A stretch of DNA of 64,000 nt, taken from assembly GCF_009914755.1 (NCBI RefSeq), contig NC_060934.1. One strand, given 5' to 3'. The notes under the pieces are model-generated. The model saw only the letters and a list, made by a program, of their open reading frames with translations. It had not been told where the DNA came from and made no database searches. Positions 53,860-64,000 of the stretch are shown here, piece after piece. Within the stretch, counting starts at the first letter, position 1, and each line of letters opens with the position of its first letter. Made by a program: the position numbers and the translations under genes. The stretch comes from the human T2T-CHM13v2.0 reference genome, Homo sapiens.

Positions 53860-55160
53860 ACATTGATGGTCTCCCAGGCTTGCATCTAAACCTTTCGGGA
53901 TCGCTCAACTCGGTTAACTTCTCTCTATTCCCTGCCTCTGTCACCACTTCAGGCCAGCATCGTATGTCAAATAGGTTACTGCACCTTCCTGTGACGACAG
54001 CACCTGCTTCTAATCTTCCTGCAGCTCTCCTGCAATCTCTTCTCCAAGGACTGTCCTAGGGAATTTACTTAAGTCAGCTCCTTGTTGTCCTCGGGGTAAA
54101 GTCCGTAATACTTTACTTACAAGTTCTGCTCTTATCTGAGCCCTACTCATTCTTCCAGTTTCCTTTCACTTATTTACATCCCATTACACCAGGCACGAAA
54201 TGACTTTCTGCTTGTCCAAAGTATTTTGCTCACTTCCCAACCTAGGCTCCCCCAAAGATTATTCTTTCCATCTGAGATATCATTTGCTGCTCATTTCTAT
54301 CAATTCTAATATTTGAGGTCTCATCTTCTGTATCAGTCCTTCCATCATTTCTTCCAGAAATCTTGTACTAACACTATAACCATTAATCCTTATTACAACA
54401 TTTGCAAGACTGTGTTACCAGAAAGAGGTCCCCATCCAGATGCCAAGAAAGGGTTCTTAGGCCTCCCACAAGAAAGAATTTGGGGTGAGTCAATAGAGTA
54501 AAGTAAAAACATGTTTATTAAGAGAGAAAAGGAATAAAGAATGGCTACTCCATAGGCAAAAGAGAGGCATGGTCTCCTCAGCTGCTTATACTTATTCTTA
54601 CTTCTTGATTATGTGTTAAACAATGGGTGGATTTTTCATGAGTTTTCTGGGGAAAAGGTGGGCAATTCCTGGAACGGATGGTACTTCTCTTTTTTAGACA
54701 ATATACTGTAACTCCCTAATGTTGCCATGGCATTTGTAAACTGTCGTGCTGCCGGGGGGAATGTCTTTTAGCATGCTACTGTATTATAATTAGCATACAG
54801 TGAGCAGTGGGAAAGGCCAGAGCTCACTTTGCTCACCATCTTGGTTATGCCCGGCTTCTTGACTGCAACCTGTTGTATCTGCAAGGTCTTTGTGACCTGT
54901 ATCTTGTGCCAACCTCCTAACTCAGAATGCCTAACCTTCTGGGAATGCAGTCCAATAGGTCTGAGCCTTATTTTATCCAGTACCTATTCAAGATGGAGTC
55001 GCTCTGGTTCAAACGCCTCTGACAATTGTACTGTAGGTGTCATTCACAAAGGTCGGGAGAGAGTAGGGACTCTATCTTGTTCACTGTCATACCCTTGTGC
55101 AGGTCACAGGGCCTTAGACGCAGTAGATGCTGTGTAAGTAAGCATCTTTTAATTGATTTT
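53860..55160 (+). mobile_element. L2, split by MER41B
   Basis: C/T-rich L2 3' region (ctcctgcaatctcttctcca...ggtaaagtcc...) resumes after the LTR with agggactctatcttgttcactg...cagtagatgct. Confidence 0.65.
54413..55024 (-). mobile_element. MER41B solo LTR (ERV1)
   Basis: The reverse complement begins tgtcagaggcgtttgaaccagagcgactccatcttgaatagg and ends ...ctttctggtaaca, with a 4-bp TSD actg/attg. Confidence 0.92.
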
Positions 55161-55282
55161 AAAAGAATGGGACACTCAGCCTTCACTCAGATAAAGAAAC
55201 TGTTTTACCTTTATGAAACACCTTCTCTTGGTGAGTGCTATAGTCGGGATGTTATATAATTTATATGTTATAATTCTGTCAG

Positions 55283-55542
55283 AAGGGGAGACCCCTCATA
55301 AATGGGACTTGTGCCCTTGTCAAAAAGGCCCCAGAGATCTCCCTCACCCATTCCACTATGTGAGGGCACAGTAATAAGGTGCCATCTATGAACCAGAGGA
55401 TGGGATCTCACCAGTCACCTCATCTGCTGCTGCCTTGATCTTGGACTTTTCATCCTCCAGAACTGTGAGAAATAAATTTCTGTTGTATATAAACCACTCA
55501 GTCCATGGTATTTCGTTATAGCAGCTCAAATGTACTAAGACA
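55283..55542 (+). mobile_element. MLT1A0-like LTR, 3' part
   Basis: ataaatgggacttgtgccctt...gccttgatcttggactt...cagaactgtgagaaataaatttctgttg...actaagaca. Confidence 0.85.
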
Positions 55543-55857
55543 TAGAATAAATGTGCTACAACAACCAAGTTCTAAAGGGAATCTATTAAAAAATCTCGAA
55601 TTATGTATGCTCATCTGTACATAATTCTAAAGGGCAACTACTTTCTTTTTGTAGAAACTAAGACTTTCCATACATATAAGAGTAAGTGAGTTTATGTTCT
55701 CCCTCCCTTCATAAGACAAAGGGCACCAACTCTGTAGTTTAAAAGACTATATTGACTTTCAGATTTTTAGAGAGGTGCCACTATGAATCCACAGAGCACT
55801 TAATAAGGGTTTTAAAATAATTAAATCAGTAGTAACAAAGTAAAGGCCATCACAGAT

Positions 55858-55858
<1 letters not shown>

Positions 55859-55892
<34 letters not shown>
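55859..55892. repeat. (CA)17 microsatellite
   Basis: Visible directly in the sequence. Confidence 0.95.
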
Positions 55893-55895
<3 letters not shown>

Positions 55896-56094
55896 TATTT
55901 CAGAATGTCTCATAAATCTATTCCTTGCCACAGTTTTATTAGTAATGTAATCTAGAATTTATTATCAATTTAATCTCTAATTTAGCCATTTATTTTTCAA
56001 ATGATTGCATTATGCAATTTTCAAAAAATATAAACTGGTTTGGGATTTTCTCAAGTGTTTATGTACCCTTTACTATTTTTTGTAACAAATGCAA

Positions 56095-56830
56095 TCTTCC
56101 CTTCCTTCCTTCTTTCCTTCCTGCCTTCCTTTCTTCCTTCCTTTCTTCTTCCTTCCTTTATATATTCATCCAATATTCAGTGAAAACTATGGGAAATACA
56201 GCCAAGAATAAAGCCTGATTCTTGCCTAAAATTATGATTTAGTTGAATGCGTAGCCATGCATCAGCCAAATATTATGCACAGGTGAAAATATTCTCATAA
56301 AGTCATAACACTGTGCTTGGAAAATGTTTGATGAATGCTGGGAGACCAGAGGGCAGATTACAAACACATTTCTGGAAGATGACATTGAACCTAGGTGTGA
56401 TATTAAATCAGATTTCAGTACACAGAAATAGAAGATGGTGTTTGGAGGATGACGGAATAAATAGAGTGAGTGAAAGCTACATGGCGTTACATGTCCAACA
56501 TGGCAGAACCCCAGATGCTTGACCTTATGACAGAAGACAAGTGAAAAAGGAAAACCTGGCTTCACATCACAAAGTGATAAAATCACCAAACTAATAATTC
56601 GTATGCACCGTGGACCCACTGAAGATTTTTGAGGCGTAGGATGTACTGAGATTTAAGAATGTGAATGCATCTAAAAGATGAATGTGAGGATCTGGACTGA
56701 AGACTGAGGCTGCAGGCCTCATGGAAGTCAAAGACGAAGAAGTGAGAAACAGCGGGAGTGGCTGGACCCATCCAGCAGAGCTGAAATAGAATGGGGACTG
56801 TTGGGAGAAATCACTTGGATTCTAAACCCA
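56095..56830 (-). mobile_element. (CCTT)n tract followed by degraded L2
   Basis: CCTT repeat 56095-56157, then tgggaaatacagccaagaataaag...ttctggaagatgacattgaaccta, which is L2-like. Confidence 0.5.
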
Positions 56831-58279
56831 CAGAGACTTGCCGCCTACGTTTTAGTTGTTGGAACAGGGAATGGGAGGGTCAGAAGTGTAAAAACATCTG
56901 TAATTTTGATATTTCTGGATTGCCATTTCCAGAGGTGGTACACATTCAGCCCGGAGGCAGAGCCACTGGCACAAGGTGAAATGCTCCACCCGGTGTTTTC
57001 TCACATACCCTCAATGAGACGCATGCCATCCCTTTGCAAACAGTTTCCCTTTGTTTTCTTGTCCTACAATTCAATGTCATTTATGTTCTGCTTAATAGCT
57101 GTTCTATGCATATATGCTCTTTCCCCAAGTAAATTATTTACTGCCAAAGAAAAATAAATATTCTAATTGGAAATTCTCTCTTGGAGTCTTGATGCCTCAG
57201 GCTATGTTTTCACGATTATGTCAATAAGTTCAGAATTGGAAATACTGAGCTTTGCTACATAGGCAAGGGAAACATATGGAGATATTTAGGAGAGAGCAGA
57301 ATGTTTGGGTCTGAAGTACTTAAAATGAATGAGCTTAAGAATATAGGTAATCTTTTTTAAAAATTTTATACATTACCTAATAGAATGACTCAGAAATAGA
57401 TCATCATTAAATGTAAAGTCTAATAATACTGTCAATAGAAGCTTTTGGTAGTAGTGATCTTCTAAAATCTTTGTAATTCTCTAAGTCAACTTTAACATTG
57501 ATGTTTTATTGATTCCAGAAAAACTTCATCTAAAATCACTTTGTTCAATGCCACAGTGCTCAAGATGTAGACATTTACAACCCCAGAAAAGTACCCTCGA
57601 GAGAAATTTGCCAAGAACTAATAATAGAGATGTTATACAGTCAGCCAACTGTAATCTTTTTTAGACAGTAGAATCATGAACTATATTTTCTATTTCAGCA
57701 CCTACAGTAAGATTTTGTCTGAGAATTGTAATAAGAAATCATTCAACTCCATAGCATATTGTGAGACAATATATATTTGGAAATCGTTTCACATTCTTTT
57801 TACTTTAAAGCACGCTGAAATTCTCATTTAAGGCAATGAAAATGTGCAGTGTAATAATAAACAATAAATTTATATTAGCCATGATATTACTTGGAAAAAA
57901 TGCAATGATTGTAAAAGAGGCCAGGAAAAACTATATATGCTCTGAATATCATTAGCTGAAGAGGAAATAGACGAAAGGCATTGTTACATTGTAGATATGT
58001 TCACCTATGTTTTAAGTAAGTGTGTTTTAACATGATGAATCCAGGAAATCATGTAGCGGCAAAGTTACAGGGGAAAGAGATTCCCAAAGCAATGTAGAAA
58101 AAGAGAAAGTAAGTTGGATACTTGGAATAAATTGTGACGCTAATACACAATCTGTTTTTTTTTTTTTTTTTTAACAAATGTAGTGATAAATGTAGCCTTA
58201 TGGGAAATACATAGAGGGAGACTTACACACATGTCATTGTACTTTTTGAGCTTCTCTAAGAATAATCAGAAAAACCAAG

Positions 58280-58615
58280 CCCCGGGAATCCACTCTGTGC
58301 AAGCCCAAGGACACTCAAGCCTCCAAGTGCCTGGTGAGTTTCCCAGCGCACCCTGCTCACTGCTGAGACGTCGACGTCGGAAAACCGCCGCCTGGACCCC
58401 TGCTTGTTGTGTGAGGCTGCTTTGCGCACACCCTCCTGTCATGCCTCAGGTGAATTCAGCCTCACGTCCTTGAGGGGAGAGGACCCACTTCCACAGGCGT
58501 TAGAATGACTCTGAGACAGACGCGGCTTCGTCCTTGTATTTGTCCTATGCCTATCTGAGCTGTGGCAAGTTCCTACTCTTCTTCCCCGCCCTGACCCTCC
58601 CCACCCCGCCCAAAA
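58280..58615. promoter_or_regulatory. CpG-rich non-repeat patch with two GC boxes (candidate promoter/enhancer)
   Basis: About 16 CpG in ~335 bp, CCCCGCCC twice near 58584-58611, palindrome gacgtcgacgtc, tgcgca, and donor ctg|gtgagt at 58333/4. Confidence 0.4.
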
Positions 58616-58645
58616 CATTTTGAACTCATTTCTCAAGGCATATAT

Positions 58646-59294
58646 TTTGTTTTGCTTTGTTCGTTTCTCAATTTTTATTTCAGTTCAGGGGGCACGTATG
58701 CAGGTTTGTTGCATGGTAAATTGCCTGTCACTAGGGTTTTGTAGACAAATGATTTTGTCACCCAGGTAGTGAGCATAGTAACGGACAGGTAGTTTTTTGA
58801 CCCTCACCGTCCTCCCACCCTCCACCCGTAAGCAGCCCCGCTGTCTGTTGTTGCTCTCTTTGTGTCCAAGTGTACTCAATGTTTAGCTCCCACTTAGAAG
58901 TGACAACACCCAGCATTTGCCTTTGTGTTCCTGCATTAACTGGCTTAGCCTAGATTAATGACCTCGTGCTGCATCCACGTTGCCGTAAAGGACATAATTT
59001 CATTTTTTTTTATTGCTGCATAGTATTACCTGGTATATTTGTACCACATTTTCTGTATCTAGGCCACCATCGATGAGCATTTAGGTTGATTCCATGTCTT
59101 TGGTATCGTGAGTAGTGCTGCGATGAACATACATGTGTTGGTAGAACGATCTATTTTCTTTGGGATATAAACTCAGCAATGGGATTGCTGGGTTTTACGT
59201 TTTTTGAAAAACCTGCAAACTTCTTTCCACAATGGTTGAATTAATTTACATTCCCAGCAGCAGTGAATAAGTGTTCCCTTTTCTCCACAACCTC
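58646..59294 (-). mobile_element. L1PA15/16-like 3' end
   Basis: caggtttgttgcatggtaaattg...tcacccaggtagtgagcatag...tttctccacaacctc, with TSD ctcaaggcatat (58632-58643 / 59292-59303). Confidence 0.9.
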
Positions 59295-59714
59295 AAGGCA
59301 TATGTCAAAATAACATTGTTCTTATATTCAGGTTCAGTGAAAGCATTCTAGTTATAAAATACGGTAGAAGGTAAGGAATAGACCCTCACCAGCAAGTGAC
59401 TCCACAAACAGAGGTAGGGAGAAGATCTAAAGTAGTCGTTGTCCTAATAAAAGGGTAAACAAACAAAATATACTTGACAAAATAAAACAATCTCAAAATA
59501 TTAAAATTAATGTCAAAAAAAAGAAGTGCTTAAACGGGCAGAAGTCTAAATGCCTGGGAGTCAACCTATAAACTTGACATCCCTCCTCCCGCACCCCCGA
59601 AGCTCCCAAGCCCTGCAGGGAGGTTCGCACACCTGAGTTCCCCCTTCTCATCTCAGCCCCATCTTCCCTTCTCAGTCCAGATCCTCTCTGCCCTACCTCT
59701 GCTTCCTCTTCTGA

Positions 59715-60071
<357 letters not shown>

Positions 60072-60940
60072 TAAAAATAACTCTTCACTTGTTAAATCTC
60101 TTCAATGATTCCTCTTGTTTTTAGGGAAAGAACCCATTCTCTTTGCATGGCTCTTGTAGGAGGAATAATCTGATTTCTGACATGAGTGCCCCTCCAGATG
60201 AAGATCACATTCACCAGCCCTACTGAACTAATCACTATCTGTAGATTCCACCATGACATCACAGGCCCAGTTCGTCCCACTTAATGTTTACTCTGTCTGC
60301 AGTATAGTCCCCTTCTTTATCTGGCTAACTCCAAAGTCCAGACTCAGTACATGAGTCACACCATTCAGAAAGTCTTCCCTGACCTTCATATGAGATCTCG
60401 TATCCCGTGCACATTCATCTGAGTGTATTCGTGCTGTCTGTTCATTTAAATACCTCTTCTAGTCGACTGCATCTATGTATATATATATAAATATCTCCAA
60501 CTCAATATTGCTGTGGATAGCTGATGGTCACAGGTTAAAATTAGGAGCCTTTCAAGTGTAAACTAGAAATTGTAGTTCTATTGTTTTATGATGAGTAATA
60601 TTAAATTTATTGTTATTCAAACTTAATTGTTCAGACTTAATTCATGTCTTGTTTTGGGGGCCCCTGGGTCCACCGTAAAATTATGTAATAAATCTAGAAA
60701 TACTTTGTTAGGATATTTTTACTGTTATTTATGATTATAATTAATTAAGTGCACAGTAAAAGATTATTTTTCTTTGAAGGACTATTTCTGAACAAAATAT
60801 GTAATCATCTGTTTCATTATAACAAGTCTGATTTGGATTTTTAAGATTAGGTTTTCTTCTCTTTTTTATTACTTGGCACATCAGTGGAAAGTGTGTTTAA
60901 ACAATATAAAACATGTCAGTCTGTTTTTAGGGTTAATGTG

Positions 60941-61006
60941 GAAAAAAGTAAAGATGAAAATGACAGATGAAAAAGTAAAGATGAAAATGACAGATAAAAA
61001 AAGTAG
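60941..61006. repeat. perfect 28-bp tandem duplication
   Basis: gaaaaaagtaaagatgaaaatgacagat twice, plus a partial third copy. Confidence 0.95.
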
Positions 61007-61504
61007 ATCAAAACAGTAGATGGCCAAGAATACATAAACAAAAGAAAAAAAAAAGAAAATTGGTTAGTCAGCAGGATTATATAAGAAATATGGCAAACAT
61101 AAAAAGTAGAAAACCCCAGACATATGAGCTATTTGATATGAGTAAAGAATTTTGAAATAAAAGTAAGCTGTATGATGACCAAACCTAGGAATGCAATAGT
61201 GGCAAAATCCTGTTCTTTCTTGCAGAATCAAATATAAAATTTTTAGAAGATATTTTCTTATAAGACGGTAGGAAACAGGGCACATTTTGATCTTGTTCAT
61301 TGTTAGTGAAGTTCGAATTGTATGTGACACATTTTCTACCCTAAGTGGTTTTCTAGAATACTTAGCATTCATATTCAAGAATAAATCACAATTTGTTTAA
61401 ACCACTGTTAATTTTATGTGTTTTGAAATCTACATTTTTTTCAAAAATTTCTCACTGCCTCTAAATGTTCCCATATAGGAATTTTGTATGGCCCAATTTA
61501 ACAT

Positions 61505-61672
61505 GCATGATTATATACATATATATGATATATATCTTTCATATTTTCTATATGAGATAAATGATATGTCTCACATTTTATATGTGAGATAATCATTTAT
61601 ATCTCATATTTTATATATGTCATATATAGCTCATATTTTATATATGATATATACATCATATATGATATGACA
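61505..61672. repeat. AT-rich low-complexity, quasi-palindromic tract
   Basis: Recurrent ctcatattttatatat / atatgagata motifs in both orientations. Confidence 0.75.
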
Positions 61673-62594
61673 GTTTTATTAATTGCTTTACCTTCAGGGA
61701 GGAGAAGAAAATGCAACACAAATTAGGGAGATTAGTTAATACTTTTAAGAGTGACTTTTAATTTTACTGTATTATTTAATCTTTGACATTAACAGTAGTA
61801 AAGATAGCTCCCAGGAAGAAATGTCATCAAACTTGTTTTTATTTTTTGTTTGAAAGACATAAGATGATTTGATAATAAATTTTATTTTTGTATGGGTAAA
61901 ATAAAAACAAAACAAAAACACTACTGTAAGCATGCTTAGAAGGTTTTCCTCTCATTGTCAACTTTAATGACAAGGCGTTGGACCTTTAAGTAATCAATTA
62001 GTACCAATTGCTTCAAACCAACAATCCACTTTTAGCAAAGGCAGAGTCAACTGGGTAGTGGTTTTACTATTGCCATGGGAACCCATGTTGCAGCCTGTGT
62101 TACCAGGTTCTGTAACTTCTTAAAGCACTTAGTTTTTCTACGAGAATGCAGGTTGCTATCCTATCCTATTTTTATTTATATATGGGTATTTCTGCTCAGT
62201 TTTAGCTTGAGATGTGTTTCAGTTTATTGCTTTGAAAGCATATAAGATATATACACCCAAGCTAGCTCGTGTAAGAAGTGGGCTTAATGGAAGAATAAAT
62301 AAAAACCAAAACGTTCAGTCATATTCAGACGCTTCTGAACAGAGACAAGTTCAACTCCTGAGCCGCATTCTCAATTTCAGATTCGTGAGAAAAATGTCTA
62401 ATTGATCCAGTGATCCAGCTGATCTTTTTGCCAGCAGTCATGGAATTTTGGCTGGTCTACTTATTGGCTACTCTTGATTTAGACACCTGTTCATAGTCCA
62501 TTCAACTGCATGTGAGAAGAACATGTCATCTAGAGTATATATGAAATGCTAGAGATGGCATGGGTAGTATTTGTTGAGTACTTCTTGATAAGTT

Positions 62595-63340
62595 ATACTC
62601 ATTTATTCATTCAGGCACTCCACAAATATTTGTAGGATTCTACTCTCAGAAGGCACTAGATAGGTATTAAGAATGCATAGCTTATGAAAAGCAGGTAAGT
62701 TGCCCACTGTCCATAACGCTTACAATGTTGGGAAGGAACGATGTCACTCAACTAAAAACATGAATACGATAATGGCAGGTAGTGATAAGTTATATAAGTG
62801 AATACATGGAATAGCATGACACTGGAATCAGAAAGCTTCTTTAAAGATTTAGGAAGATTTTAGGCATTGTAAGACATACTGTTACTGTTGCAACTACTCA
62901 ACTCTGCCACTTCAAGAGTGAAAGCAGCCATAGACAATACTAAACAAATGAATAGTGTGGCTGTATTCCAATGAAACTTTTTATTTAGAAAACCAACTGT
63001 TGGGCTGTGGTTCACCTGAGGCCTTAATGTGCTGACACCTATTACAGAGAAAAACACAGCAGTGCTAGGTAGGTGACCATGTCTTTGTAGATAATGCAGT
63101 CAGAAGATTCCTCTCTGAAGAAGTAACATTTGGACTAAGATGCAAATCATGAGAAGGAACCAGATGTATTTGGAACTGCAGGAATGCTCACCAGGCAGGG
63201 GGAGCACCGATTGCAAGGATCTTGAGAAGAAGGAGATTGGAAAGTTCAAAGAAAAGAGGGGAGACCGAAATGGCTGGAGTTTGATGAGAAATTGAGAAAG
63301 CACTATAAGTAAGAGTTGAAGGGTTGACATATGTCAGCTT
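62595..63340 (-). mobile_element. L2, split by MER58A
   Basis: tcatttattcattca...aaatatttgtagg...; aagtaacatttggactaagatg...caggcagggggagcac...ggctggag. Confidence 0.7.
62823..63040 (+). mobile_element. MER58A (hAT-Charlie)
   Basis: ctgttgcaactactcaactctgcc...aaagcagccatagacaatac...tggctgtattccaatgaaacttt. Confidence 0.85.
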
Positions 63341-63744
63341 ATGTAGCTGACAAAATTGAAGACAAAACTGAATAAACGGGAAGAATCAGAACTAGGTCGG
63401 CCAGAGCTAATGAGCAGTCTTCCCAAGGCATTGACATGAATCCATCAACTATTCACTCCCTCCCTGTCCCTCTCTACAGGGATCCAGTGCCTTGGAAAAG
63501 AAGCCCGTCGTCAATGACTGGACACATAGATTGAGTCTACAAGACTGCACAGAATGGAGGCAAGGACGTTTTCCAAAGTGAAACTAAAGCTCTATGAACA
63601 AAAGAAGGAAAAATCTATGATAAACATGGAAGAACACAGATAGGTACCCACTGCTGTTATTCAGGGAGCTTCTTCAGTGGTGAAGAAAACTTTAATCTCA
63701 ATTAATCTGAAGTCAAACTCTGTTGATGAACACATACAGCCAGA

Positions 63745-63850
63745 GGGAAGATGACCAGAACCATTTTTCATTAGGAAATGACTTTCTTGATCCCTAAGAG
63801 TAATGGTTACTTCAAAATCTACTTTGCTTAAAAGTATAGGCATTTCAGCT
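63745..63850 (-). mobile_element. old L1 ORF2 endonuclease fragment
   Basis: ORF 63661-63843 (ILLSKVDFEVTITLRDQESHFLMKNGS) resembles the L1 EN motif ILISDKVDFK...RDKEGHFIMIKGS. Confidence 0.6.
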
Positions 63851-63861
63851 ATTAAAAAAAA

Positions 63862-64000
63862 AATTTCAACTTTTATTTTGGATCCAAGAGTGCATATGCA
63901 GATTTCTTATAAGGGTATGTTGTGTGATGGGTAAGATTTGGGGTACAATTGATCTCATCATCCAGGTAGTGAGTATAGTGCCTAATAGGTCGTTTGTAGA
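63862..64000 (-). mobile_element. L1PA15/16-like 3' end, running off the window edge
   Basis: caacttttattttggatccaagagtgcatatgcagattt...tccaggtagtgagtatagtgcctaatagg. Confidence 0.85.

Overview
This is AT-rich primate genomic DNA, most likely human or great ape given the Alu J/S elements and an L1PA2-type insertion. I find no credible protein-coding gene, tRNA, rRNA or CRISPR array. The only ORFs with recognisable products are decayed L1 ORF2 pieces and a decayed Tigger1 transposase. A large part of the window is interspersed repeats: 9 Alus, young L1PA 3' ends, old L1M fragments, ERVL/MaLR/ERV1 solo LTRs (THE1, MST, MLT1, MLT2, MER41B), DNA transposons (Tigger1, MER2, MER6B, MER58A), MIR/L2 and simple repeats. 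Subfamily names come from recalled consensus sequences, not from a RepeatMasker run. Five observations stand out. (1) An L1PA3/4 insertion carries at its 5' junction a ~76-nt inverted copy of its own pre-insertion target site, leaving a 66-bp-arm palindrome. (2) A 6-unit ~111-bp VNTR was built from an ancient L1 5'UTR/ORF1 segment, and its unit junctions create CpG-containing ETS-like motifs. (3) A non-repeat CpG-rich promoter-like patch with splice donors lies at ~58.3-58.6 kb. (4) A well-formed non-coding exon candidate lies on the minus strand at 32.1-32.2 kb. (5) The LTR-borne STAT and DUX4 motifs are in different states of decay. I cannot support a wholly new biological system from sequence alone.
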